Source of the DNA: Eubacteriales bacterium
GTDB lineage: Bacteria > Bacillota > Clostridia > Oscillospirales > SIG627
Direction: 5' to 3'
DNA: 33,958 nt
Assembly: GCA_045601605.1 (NCBI GenBank)
Contig: JAZRZY010000130.1
Coordinates: forward strand, 1 to 33,958
Shown: positions 1 through 8,065 of the stretch, piece after piece
Layout of the letters: each line of letters begins with the position of its first letter
Numbering within the stretch: the first letter of the stretch is position 1
The notes under the pieces: generated by a model
Seen by the model: the letters and a program-made list of their open reading frames with translations, nothing else
What the model was told of the DNA's origin: nothing
The model's database searches: none
Translations under genes and position numbers: made by a program

Positions 1-39
1 AGTCAAAGTCTGGTGCCTTAACCACTTGGCTACATCCCT
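1..39 (-). tRNA. tRNA-Gln(UUG), 5' half only (cut by window edge)
   Basis: Reverse complement reads AGGGATG-TA-GCCAAGTGGTTAAGGC-A-CCAGA-CT-TTG-AC-T: acceptor 5' strand, D-arm and an anticodon loop with TTG. Confidence 0.93.
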
Positions 40-51
40 AAATACCTCCAA

Positions 52-80
52 ATTATAATCGAAACTTGATTTCTTGTCAA
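52..80 (-). promoter_or_regulatory. SigA promoter of tRNA-Gln
   Basis: Perfect TTGACA(80-75)-N17-TATAAT(57-52) just upstream of the tRNA. Confidence 0.85.
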
Positions 81-125
81 GCAAATGTTATGATGGATTT
101 CAGAATAAATTTCTCGGAGGTATGC

Positions 126-539
126 GTGAAACTCGGGCTTAAACACAAGCGCATCCGCTGCGAAAGCTGCGCTGCGGGAATTTATCTTGCTGATGATTAT
201 GATATTGTATCGCTTTTTGACGGAACGAAAGTGGGCGAATGCGAACTGCGTTACGCATCAATCTTGACCTTGCCGTACACCGGAAACGTCAGCTTCACGG
301 TTTTTAAAGCGTATCGGGGCAGGAGAATCGCAACAGAGGCGGTGCGTCTGCTTTTAGAATATGCCGAGGAACATCAGATGGAACAGGTTTGGATCACAGC
401 GGCAAAAGACAATCTTGCAACCGTGCGCGTGTGTCAGAAGCTCGGCGCGTGCTTTGTCGATGAAATTTCCGTTTGTGACGATCCGATTTATCAGGAACGC
501 GGCATTGAATCCATCCGTCGTTACCGAATCGATCTCTGA
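126..539 (+). CDS. GNAT family N-acetyltransferase
   Basis: Motif A-like YRGRRIATEAVRLLLEYA and N-x-A-T-x-R-V-x-x-K-L-G. Start placed at GTG 126, after GGAGG, rather than the ORF-track start at 66. Confidence 0.8.
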   Translation: MKLGLKHKRIRCESCAAGIYLADDYDIVSLFDGTKVGECELRYASILTLPYTGNVSFTVFKAYRGRRIATEAVRLLLEYAEEHQMEQVWITAAKDNLATVRVCQKLGACFVDEISVCDDPIYQERGIESIRRYRIDL

Positions 540-1000
540 GAGAAAGTCAAACTTTTCGGGGAATTGAACATTCAACAGGAGGCGGTTATCTCCCGAATTT
601 GATATGCAACTATATAAAATGCAAATTTTATATAGTTGAGGGGAGTGTGCGAGGATAAAATTGTGAAAATTACAGGGTTAGGTATTACGTCCTTTTTCAC
701 AATTTCCGCAAAGCGATTGATGAAAAAACATTGATTTCCATATTTTTTCGCATAACATCACGCTTGCGATTTTCCATATGACTTATTTTTGTGACTGACC
801 GCGCGGTCACTCATTTTATTTTTACACGTTTTTATGGTTTCTACGTCAAATGCACTCTTATAATTTCCAGATTTTACGATTAAGGTTCTTTTTAAATTTT
901 TTCTGACGATGACTCCTTCAGGCCACCAAAATTTGAAACGATTATTTTTTGATCAAAATGCACATCCTGTCACTGTAAGACAAATTTTGAGGCGATATTT

Positions 1001-1198
1001 ATGAAACTTGAGATTTTTTGCAACCAAAATTGCATTTATCAAAAAGACGGCTCGTGTCAACTGGATCGTACAACTTCGGTGGAAAGCAGCATAAATGAAT
1101 CGGATTGCGTATATCGGCGCACACCCCCGGCGCGAGACGTTGGTTATAAAAAGCCGAAAAAAATGCCGGCGGTAAGCAAAATGGAATTTTATTTTTAG
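1001..1198 (+). CDS. small Cys-rich hypothetical protein (DUF1540-like pattern)
   Basis: GAGGCG RBS; C-x3-C-x7-C...C pattern (CNQNCIYQKDGSC...DCVY); upstream of spoVAC. Confidence 0.6.
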   Translation: MKLEIFCNQNCIYQKDGSCQLDRTTSVESSINESDCVYRRTPPARDVGYKKPKKMPAVSKMEFYF

Positions 1199-1254
1199 AT
1201 TGTATACAATCCTTATTGCGGTCGGTCGATGCCAAAGATTGTATACAATCTAAA
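1194..1254. repeat. 18-bp perfect inverted repeat whose arms each contain the palindrome GATTGTATACAATC
   Basis: TTTAGATTGTATACAATC (1194-1211) and GATTGTATACAATCTAAA (1237-1254), 25-nt spacer. Confidence 0.9.
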
Positions 1255-1268
1255 TCAGAGGAACGGAA

Positions 1269-1715
1269 ATGAAACCATTTGATCAAGTTGAATATCAAAA
1301 GCGTGTCAAAGAAACCGAACTCGGTGTACATCTGGCACGCGACTGTTTTCGTGCATTTTGGGTCGGGGGCTTGATCTGCACGTTCGGCCAGTTTTTAAAA
1401 GTTCTATTTGCTTCCCTCTTTTCGGACGAAAAAATGATCGGTTGCCTCGTTTCCGCTTCATTGATTGCACTCGCCTGCCTGATCAGCGGAATCGGCTGGT
1501 TTGATAGTCTGGCAAAATTTGCGGGCGCGGGGACGCTTGTTCCGATCACAGGATTTGCAAATGCAGTTTGCTCCCCTGCCCTGGATAGCAAAAACGAGGG
1601 GTTTGTATTAGGGGTTGGCGCGAAGATGTTCACGATAGCGGGGCCTGTGATTGTGTATGGTGTGTCTGCAAGTGTTATTTATGGCTTAGTTTATTGGATA
1701 ACGACATTATTTTAA
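1269..1715 (+). CDS. spoVAC: stage V sporulation protein AC
   Basis: AFWVGGLICTFGQ, FAGAGTLVPITGFAN and EGFVLGVGAKMFTIAGPVIVYG are SpoVAC hallmarks; GAGGA RBS. Confidence 0.95.
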   Translation: MKPFDQVEYQKRVKETELGVHLARDCFRAFWVGGLICTFGQFLKVLFASLFSDEKMIGCLVSASLIALACLISGIGWFDSLAKFAGAGTLVPITGFANAVCSPALDSKNEGFVLGVGAKMFTIAGPVIVYGVSASVIYGLVYWITTLF

Positions 1716-1741
1716 CGGGCGGATGTGGGCATCCGCCCTAC
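1716..1741 (-). repeat. GTAG-type REP-like palindrome
   Basis: Reverse complement is GTAG-GGCGGATG-CCCA-CATCCGCC-CG: a GTAG tetranucleotide 5' of a GC-rich hairpin. Confidence 0.6.
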
Positions 1742-1752
1742 GATAAAACCGT

Positions 1753-1781
1753 AAAAAAGGCTTGCCGATTGGCAAGCCTTT
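1753..1781. terminator. bidirectional intrinsic terminator
   Basis: AAAAAA-GGCTTGCC-GATT-GGCAAGCC-TTT between convergent genes. Confidence 0.8.
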
Positions 1782-2067
1782 AATCTATTTGCCACGTGTC
1801 GTCTTTGCTGTTTCTTTGGGCAGTTTGTCCTCGTTTTAAATTTAGTATTTCACTAACACTAGGGTCAATGTCGATAACCTCTTTCATTGCGATTATTCGA
1901 GCATCTTCTGTTGTATGAGTTGCACCGCAAAGAAATTGCCAATCTCCATCAACATCGTGTTTAACATATAAAATCGGTTTGTTTTCCCCAACAATATGAC
2001 AACAAGTAAAAATCGCTTGTTTTTCCGGAACTTTGAATTGATGTTTTTTAAATAACTTATCAAACAT
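1780..2067 (-). CDS. hypothetical protein, Imm33/DUF2185-like
   Basis: PILYVKHDVDGDWQFLCG...IDPSV..IL.L..G..A.R...W resembles Imm33-type proteins. ATG 2067 follows a GAGGTGG RBS; AT-rich. Confidence 0.6.
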   Translation of the reverse strand: MFDKLFKKHQFKVPEKQAIFTCCHIVGENKPILYVKHDVDGDWQFLCGATHTTEDARIIAMKEVIDIDPSVSEILNLKRGQTAQRNSKDDTWQID

Positions 2068-2089
2068 ATATTCCACCTCACTTTATCTT

Positions 2090-2118
2090 ATTATACTACA
2101 CCGCCGATTTCATGTAAA
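2090..2118 (-). promoter_or_regulatory. SigA promoter of the Imm33-like gene
   Basis: TTTACA-N17-TATAAT. Confidence 0.65.
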
Positions 2119-2181
2119 CCGTTTTATAACCCACCGGCGCCAACTTTACCACTTCAAAAAGCAAGGCATGACACAAATCGG

Positions 2182-3552
2182 TCACGCCTTGCTTTTTTCT
2201 TTTGATTCCAAACGGTCAAATGTATGGATCCAGTCTGCTTTTTGAAAGTATATGAAAAAGATGATCGAACTGACGCCCCAAGAAATCGGATAGGCCCATG
2301 AAACGGTTGTCAATTGATCAAAAAACAATCGAGCGATTGTGATGTAACTGACGCGCAAAACGCACCAACAACCAAGCATGGTGAACATCGGGACCGTAGC
2401 GCGCCCCGCGCCGCGCAAAACGCCTGCGATGCAGTGCGAAAATGCGAGCAAAGCATAAAACAGACAAATCGTACGCATATGTTGTGCGCCCAAGTGAATG
2501 GATTCTTCCGCGTCGGTAAACATCCCGATGAGTTCCGGGGCAAAAAGATACGAAAGAATACCAATGACCTCAGCCATCAGGCAACTGCAGATGACACCGA
2601 AGCGAACGCCGCTTTTTACACGCTCATATTTTTTTGCGCCCAAATTTTGCCCAACGAACGTGGATAAAGCTTGCGAAAAGCAGGTGACGGACAGGAAGGC
2701 AAACCCTTCGAGTTTTGAATAGGATCCGCAGCCCGCCATAGCCGCTTTACCGAAACTGTTGATATTGGATTGAACTACTACGTTTGCAATGGCAATGACA
2801 CTGTTTTGTACCCCGGACGGAATGCCGAATTTCAAAATTTCAAACATGCTTTTTCGATCGAGTCCAAGTTCTCTGAAACAGATGCGATAAGGTTCTTCAC
2901 TTCGATACAGATGCAGAAAGCAAAGCAACGCGCTGATGCCTTGTGAAATCGTGGTGGCAATCGCCGCAAAAGCCACGCCGAGGTCTAAAACCGCAACAAA
3001 CAAGAGATCCAAAAGGATATTCACAAATGTCGAAATAATGAGATAATACAAAGGATGTTTGCTATCCCCCACCGCATGCAGGATGCCGACAAAAATATTG
3101 TACATCACAATAAAAATCGCGCCCGCAAAATACCAGGAGAAATAACTGATCGATTCCGGCAAGACTTCTTCCGGTGTGCCCATCCATCTCAAAATTTGCG
3201 GAGTAAGCAGCACGCCGACAACGGTCAAAAATACGCCGACCAAAAATCCGAATGTGATCGCGGTATGAATGGTCTTGCGCATAAAATCATAGTTTTTGGC
3301 GCCGAAATGTTTCGCGATTACCACACCCGCGCCCATGGAAAGTCCATTGAAGAAGCTCACCATCATAAAGATCAGACTTCCCGAGGAACTGACTGCGGCA
3401 AGTGCATGATCGCTGATAAAATTACCGACACACCACGAGTCGAACGCATTGTAAAATTGCTGAAAAACATTGCCGAGAAAAACAGGAAGGGCAAACAAAA
3501 GAATACTCTTTTGAATGTTCCCTTCCGTTAAGCTGTGGCGCGATAAACTCAA
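2182..3552 (-). CDS. MATE family efflux transporter
   Basis: LTEGNIQKSILLFALP..GNVFQQFYN, GDSKHPLYYLIIS..VNILLDLLFV, TFVGQNLGAKKYER. Start (TTG 3552) is uncertain. Confidence 0.93.
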   Translation of the reverse strand: MSLSRHSLTEGNIQKSILLFALPVFLGNVFQQFYNAFDSWCVGNFISDHALAAVSSSGSLIFMMVSFFNGLSMGAGVVIAKHFGAKNYDFMRKTIHTAITFGFLVGVFLTVVGVLLTPQILRWMGTPEEVLPESISYFSWYFAGAIFIVMYNIFVGILHAVGDSKHPLYYLIISTFVNILLDLLFVAVLDLGVAFAAIATTISQGISALLCFLHLYRSEEPYRICFRELGLDRKSMFEILKFGIPSGVQNSVIAIANVVVQSNINSFGKAAMAGCGSYSKLEGFAFLSVTCFSQALSTFVGQNLGAKKYERVKSGVRFGVICSCLMAEVIGILSYLFAPELIGMFTDAEESIHLGAQHMRTICLFYALLAFSHCIAGVLRGAGRATVPMFTMLGCWCVLRVSYITIARLFFDQLTTVSWAYPISWGVSSIIFFIYFQKADWIHTFDRLESKEKSKA

Positions 3553-3621
3553 AATTGTCACTTCTTTTCTCGGTGTTTTCGGATGATAAAATCGGCAAAA
3601 CATATCAATTGCGAGGAAAAT

Positions 3622-4824
3622 CTAATTTTCAGAGCGCAATTTTGCCAATCCCCCTTCTGAGGTCTCACGATAGAGATGGGAGAGATCCCGCCCCGTTTGA
3701 TACATGGTCTCAATCACAAAATCAAACGAAACCTTTCGACTGGCATAGAGAAAATTAGCGAGACTCATAGCGTTGATGGCGCGCATTGCGGCAACGGCGT
3801 TGCGCTCAATGCAAGGAATTTGCACAAGACCGCACACCGGATCGCAGGTGAGCCCGAGGTGGTGCTCCATAGCAACTTCCGCCGCATATTCGATCTGATC
3901 GATCCCCATTTCAAAAAGTTCGCAAAGTGCGGCAGATGCCATACTGCACGCAGTACCGATTTCCGCTTGGCAACCGCACTCGGCACCGCTGATGGAAGCA
4001 TTGGTGCTCACGAGGTTTCCGATCAGCCCCGCTACGGCCAAGGCGCGAATGATATCATCGTCGGAAAAGCCCTTCTTTTCCTGCATATAGTTCAAAACGG
4101 CAGGCAAAACGCCGCACGAACCGCAGGTGGGCGCCGTCACGATGATACCGCAATCTGCATTTTGCTCACTGACGGCAAAAGCATACGAACAAACAAGGCG
4201 GTTTTCCCTCGTTTGCGGGCTTTCGTCAATGTGCTTTTGGTTGAACAAAAACTGTGCTTTACGCTCCACGTTTAAACCGCCCGGGAGCATCCCGGAGGCG
4301 CTGAGACCGTCGCGGATGGATTGCTGCATCTGCTTCCAAATCCCATAAAGAAATGCGCGAAGATCCTCCCCCTCGCGTTCAAAGCAATAGTCGGACAGTC
4401 GGAGATTTTGGGACTTGCAATAAGCGGAAATTTCCGAAAACGTAGTGTGTTCGTAAACAGATTCAGGCGTGGACACACTTTCGTCTTCCGAGCGGATCTC
4501 GCCGCCGCCAATGCTGTAAAAGCGAGTTCTTCCTTCTTCCCTACCACCTCGCAAAGCTATGAAATCCATCGTATTCGGATGCTCTTCGACCTGTGTTTCG
4601 GGATCAAAGTTCACCACACAGCGACGATCCTTTAGCGCACCGCAAATTGCACGATCCGTACCGTGTCCTCTCCCCGTTTTGGCAAGAGAACCGTATAAAA
4701 TCACGCGGATCTCTTCTGCATTCGGATAACGCGCGCCGAAAGCCTCGGCGGCAAAGGCAGGCCCCATCGTATGAGAGCTGGAGGGACCGTAACCGATTTT
4801 GTAGATACTGCGGATGGATTTCAT
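3622..4824 (-). CDS. sdaA: Fe-S dependent L-serine ammonia-lyase, single chain
   Basis: GPSSSHTMGP, LYGSLAKTGRGHGTD, TAPTCGSCG, SGAECGCQAEIG, HHLGLTCDPVCGLVQIPCIERN. Confidence 0.95.
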   Translation of the reverse strand: MKSIRSIYKIGYGPSSSHTMGPAFAAEAFGARYPNAEEIRVILYGSLAKTGRGHGTDRAICGALKDRRCVVNFDPETQVEEHPNTMDFIALRGGREEGRTRFYSIGGGEIRSEDESVSTPESVYEHTTFSEISAYCKSQNLRLSDYCFEREGEDLRAFLYGIWKQMQQSIRDGLSASGMLPGGLNVERKAQFLFNQKHIDESPQTRENRLVCSYAFAVSEQNADCGIIVTAPTCGSCGVLPAVLNYMQEKKGFSDDDIIRALAVAGLIGNLVSTNASISGAECGCQAEIGTACSMASAALCELFEMGIDQIEYAAEVAMEHHLGLTCDPVCGLVQIPCIERNAVAAMRAINAMSLANFLYASRKVSFDFVIETMYQTGRDLSHLYRETSEGGLAKLRSEN

Positions 4825-4833
4825 TGATTCTCC

Positions 4834-6198
4834 TCAAAGAACGTGCGTCATGATCGAGTGTGCGGGCATCTCAAACCGAAAGATGTTATCTTGATGTCGC
4901 ACACAGGCCGGCAGAGCGTAGTCACCGGAGTTCAACGTGATGAAGACGATGCTACCGTCCGGGTTTTGAAACGCCGTACAATAAAGTTTCGGATGATAAG
5001 AGCTTACGCCGAGACGACGCGCGCCTTTCATTACGAATTTGGAGAAATGCCCGATATAATAATAGATCGGGGTATAGACAAGGTCGTTCTTGTCCCGGTC
5101 GTACAAAACAGGGGCATAACAGCCGCTGGATTTATCTTCATAAATAATGCCGGGGCGAGAAGGCGTCTTGGAATTGCGATTGTGATAGGGACCGCCGTCT
5201 GTGCTCAGCATCAAATTCCAATCGCAAAAACCCGCGGTGTAATTGTTGGAATCAAGAATCATCTCACGGGCATATCGTTCGGCAAGTGCATTCACGTCGA
5301 CGCGAATGTCACCGCAAAATTCAGTTGAGATCAGCGGCTTGCCAAACTGCTCGTGACAAATACGCAGGCCGTCGAAATGATCACCGGAATACCAGTGGTG
5401 ACCGATCGCCCAGACGCGATCAAACACCTCTCTGGATTGGAAAATGCGTTTGGGGCGATCATAGACTCGCTCCTTATTGTGATCCCAAATAATGATTTTG
5501 ATCTCACCGAGACCTTCTCGATCCAAGGTGGGGGCAAGATATTTTTCGATGAACTCGCGCTCGTCCTCTGCGGAATAATAGCAACTTTCCCAAGGCGCGT
5601 GATGCAACGGCTCATTTTGAATGGTGATGCCGGAAATGACGATGCCGTGTTTTGCCATCGCTTGGATGTATTTCGCATAATATAAGGCCCAAACCGCCTT
5701 GAACTCCTCTTTCAGCACACCGCCGCGGATAGGCGATTCGTTGTCCTTCATATAAGCAGGCGGAGACCAAGGGGAGGCAAACAGGAAGATTTCCTCGTCT
5801 GCGTATTGCATCGCATCCTTCACCATCGGAATGATATACTTCTCGTCGCGTTCGATGTTGAAGGTCTCGAGAGTGGTATCACCGTTTTCCACGTAGGTGT
5901 AAATGTCCAGTGCAAAGTCACAGGAGTTGATGTGCATACGCCCGAAATTATAGCCGATCCCCTTATCTCGCGTGTACAGACTCTCCATAAACTGTTTTTT
6001 CTGTTTGGCAGTCAGCTGAGCGTAATTGTAAGCGGCAGATTCCGTGAATGCACCGCCGAACCCAAGCATGCTTTGATATGCGACGTCATCAAAAAGATTG
6101 ACGACGTGTCCTTCGCAACGCCCGACCGCAAATTCTTCGGTGAATTCTTCTTCTTTGAAAAAAATGCCTTCCGCAGGAATGCTGGTATATCGCCTCAT
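4834..6198 (-). CDS. glycoside hydrolase family 30 (glucosylceramidase-like)
   Basis: GFGGAFTESAA, FASPWSPPAYMK, acid/base TIQNEP, WDHN, nucleophile ISTE, YYYIGHFSKFV. Confidence 0.92.
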   Translation of the reverse strand: MRRYTSIPAEGIFFKEEEFTEEFAVGRCEGHVVNLFDDVAYQSMLGFGGAFTESAAYNYAQLTAKQKKQFMESLYTRDKGIGYNFGRMHINSCDFALDIYTYVENGDTTLETFNIERDEKYIIPMVKDAMQYADEEIFLFASPWSPPAYMKDNESPIRGGVLKEEFKAVWALYYAKYIQAMAKHGIVISGITIQNEPLHHAPWESCYYSAEDEREFIEKYLAPTLDREGLGEIKIIIWDHNKERVYDRPKRIFQSREVFDRVWAIGHHWYSGDHFDGLRICHEQFGKPLISTEFCGDIRVDVNALAERYAREMILDSNNYTAGFCDWNLMLSTDGGPYHNRNSKTPSRPGIIYEDKSSGCYAPVLYDRDKNDLVYTPIYYYIGHFSKFVMKGARRLGVSSYHPKLYCTAFQNPDGSIVFITLNSGDYALPACVRHQDNIFRFEMPAHSIMTHVL

Positions 6199-6201
6199 AA
6201 T

Positions 6202-6984
6202 TTATCTCCTTTCATTTTCAGAGGTGTTTTCGATCTGTTGCAACGCAACGAATACGGCTTCGCGTACAGTCTTCAAAAGCGATTCATCTGCTCGGGTACC
6301 GAACTCCTCGGGAATGAAATTCGCATTGCGAACGTCGCACCCGGTAAGACAATGAAGCCAAACAAGAGCCACGGCATATCGCCCGTAAAGCCAGGATAAG
6401 TGAAAACCGTCTCGATTCAGCGAAAGCCCGCCGTTTACATAATCAAACTCGGGAACGTTCTTACGCAAATATTGAATGACGTCTCCGCTCGGAATCAAGT
6501 CGGCGTCGATCAGCTCAGACGCTTTCTTATAGGCAGTGCAGAGCGCGCGATACATCTCCTCTTGCGAGTTGTGATAATTGGCGAAGCCCTCAAGGGTACA
6601 ATCAGTCTCATAAGCCCAAGTTTTGTGAATCAAAATGCGTGCCTCGGGCTGGGCTTCGCGAACCAAGCGGCAGAGATTGGAAAGGTAAGGCTCGTACGTT
6701 TCAAAACGGCCGCTGTCACCGCTCACCTGCTGTAATGTGACAACATCCCACTTCCCGAGCTCGAAAAGCGCGTTTTTCAGGGAAGACCAACGAAGGCTTT
6801 CTCCGTTGATTTCCAAGCGATAAGATGCCAGATCTTCTTCATACAGCTCCCAATGTTTTTTGAGAGGACAACCGCCGATAAACAGGTTAGCGGCAAAGAT
6901 ATACTCTCCGCAAGCGGCAGCCACTTGCGCCAGCCAACGCTGGGCATCCGTGGAAAAACTGTTCCCTATGCTCAAGATGCGCAT
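6202..6984 (-). CDS. SGNH/GDSL-like hydrolase (DUF4886 family)
   Basis: ILSIGNSFS, WDVVTLQQVS, TWAY, RDGFHLS; ATG 6984 follows GAGGTAGG. Confidence 0.85.
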   Translation of the reverse strand: MRILSIGNSFSTDAQRWLAQVAAACGEYIFAANLFIGGCPLKKHWELYEEDLASYRLEINGESLRWSSLKNALFELGKWDVVTLQQVSGDSGRFETYEPYLSNLCRLVREAQPEARILIHKTWAYETDCTLEGFANYHNSQEEMYRALCTAYKKASELIDADLIPSGDVIQYLRKNVPEFDYVNGGLSLNRDGFHLSWLYGRYAVALVWLHCLTGCDVRNANFIPEEFGTRADESLLKTVREAVFVALQQIENTSENERR

Positions 6985-7052
6985 ACAACCTACCTCGCAG
7001 TCAAAATTTTCTGTTTTATGCAGGGATAAATCGGTCCGATAAACTAAAACTA

Positions 7053-7081
7053 ATTCTATCATGAAAAACCTAAATTTTCAA
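7053..7081 (-). promoter_or_regulatory. SigA promoter of the SGNH-GH30-sdaA-MATE block
   Basis: TTGAAA-N17-TAGAAT with TGn extended -10; overlaps the spoVAD start codon. Confidence 0.6.
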
Positions 7082-8062
7082 CAAAAAACTTTGCTTTTCG
7101 GCGCATCTTCTGTGGTCGGAATTATGGAACACGAGGGACCTCTCGGCGAATATTACGACTGTTTTTCCGAGACGGATTTGTTCGGCGCCAAAACTTGGGA
7201 ACAAGCAGAGACGCAAATGGTGCGCAAAACCTTGGAGATCGGCATGCACAAATGCGGATTCGGCGCAGAAAAGCTTGATTTTTTGCTCGGGGGAGATCTC
7301 CTGAATCAATGCACCGCCTCCTCACACGGGTGCGCTGCTTTCTCGGTTCCCTTCCTCGGTCTTTACGGTGCTTGTTCGACGTTTGCGGAAGGACTGCTTC
7401 TCGGTGCACAGCTTTTGCAAAACGACGCATTGAACCTCGGCGGCGTATTTGCCTCTTCCCATTTTTCCACGGCAGAAAGACAATATCGGTTTCCGCTTGA
7501 GTACGGATGTCAACGCACGCCGACCTCCCAAAGAACCGTTACCGGCTGCGGTGCCGCCTTTCTGCGAAAAACGAAGGAAGACGGCTCCCACTTACCCCGC
7601 ATTACAAAAGGACGCATCGGAACAATCGTTGACGGCGGGATCAAAGATGCAAATCACATGGGGGCAGCGATGGCACCGGCTGCAGCCGATACGCTCGTCT
7701 CTTTTTTGAAAGAAACGGGAGAGAGCCCTTGTGACTACGATTTGATCTTAACGGGCGATCTAGGTCAAGTTGGGGCAAAGCTGTTTGCGGAACTGTGTGC
7801 ACAAAGAGGCGTCTTGCTGGGCGCGGAATTTCGAGATTGCGGCACGGCAATCTTTTCCGAAGAGCAGGACGTGCACGCCGGAGCATCGGGATGCGGATGC
7901 TCTGCCGTCTATGTTTGCGGGTATTTGGAAAAAATTTGGAAAGAGCGGGGGTTTCGAAGGATTTTACTCCTTGGAACCGGCGCACTTCTCAGCCCGCTAA
8001 CAGTTCAGCAAGGGTTAACGATCCCCGCGGTCGCGCACTTGGTTTGTCTCGAAAAGGAGTAG
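7061..8062 (+). CDS. spoVAD: stage V sporulation protein AD
   Basis: EGPLG..D, GGDLLNQC, GLYGACST, SSHFSTAERQYRFPLEYG, GAAMAPAAADT, TGDLG, GCGCSA, TGALLSP. Confidence 0.95.
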   Translation: MKNLNFQQKTLLFGASSVVGIMEHEGPLGEYYDCFSETDLFGAKTWEQAETQMVRKTLEIGMHKCGFGAEKLDFLLGGDLLNQCTASSHGCAAFSVPFLGLYGACSTFAEGLLLGAQLLQNDALNLGGVFASSHFSTAERQYRFPLEYGCQRTPTSQRTVTGCGAAFLRKTKEDGSHLPRITKGRIGTIVDGGIKDANHMGAAMAPAAADTLVSFLKETGESPCDYDLILTGDLGQVGAKLFAELCAQRGVLLGAEFRDCGTAIFSEEQDVHAGASGCGCSAVYVCGYLEKIWKERGFRRILLLGTGALLSPLTVQQGLTIPAVAHLVCLEKE

Positions 8063-8065
8063 ATA

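Noticed and set aside
658-715. TTGTGAA...TTCACAA as a Rex operator
   Set aside because: The half-sites are far apart instead of the 4-nt spacing of a Rex box.
1-1000. tRNA-anchored genomic island
   Set aside because: The window lies on the 5' (promoter) side of the tRNA; no integrase or duplicated tRNA 3' end is visible.
1194-1254. Mini CRISPR array
   Set aside because: Only two short repeat copies and no cas genes.
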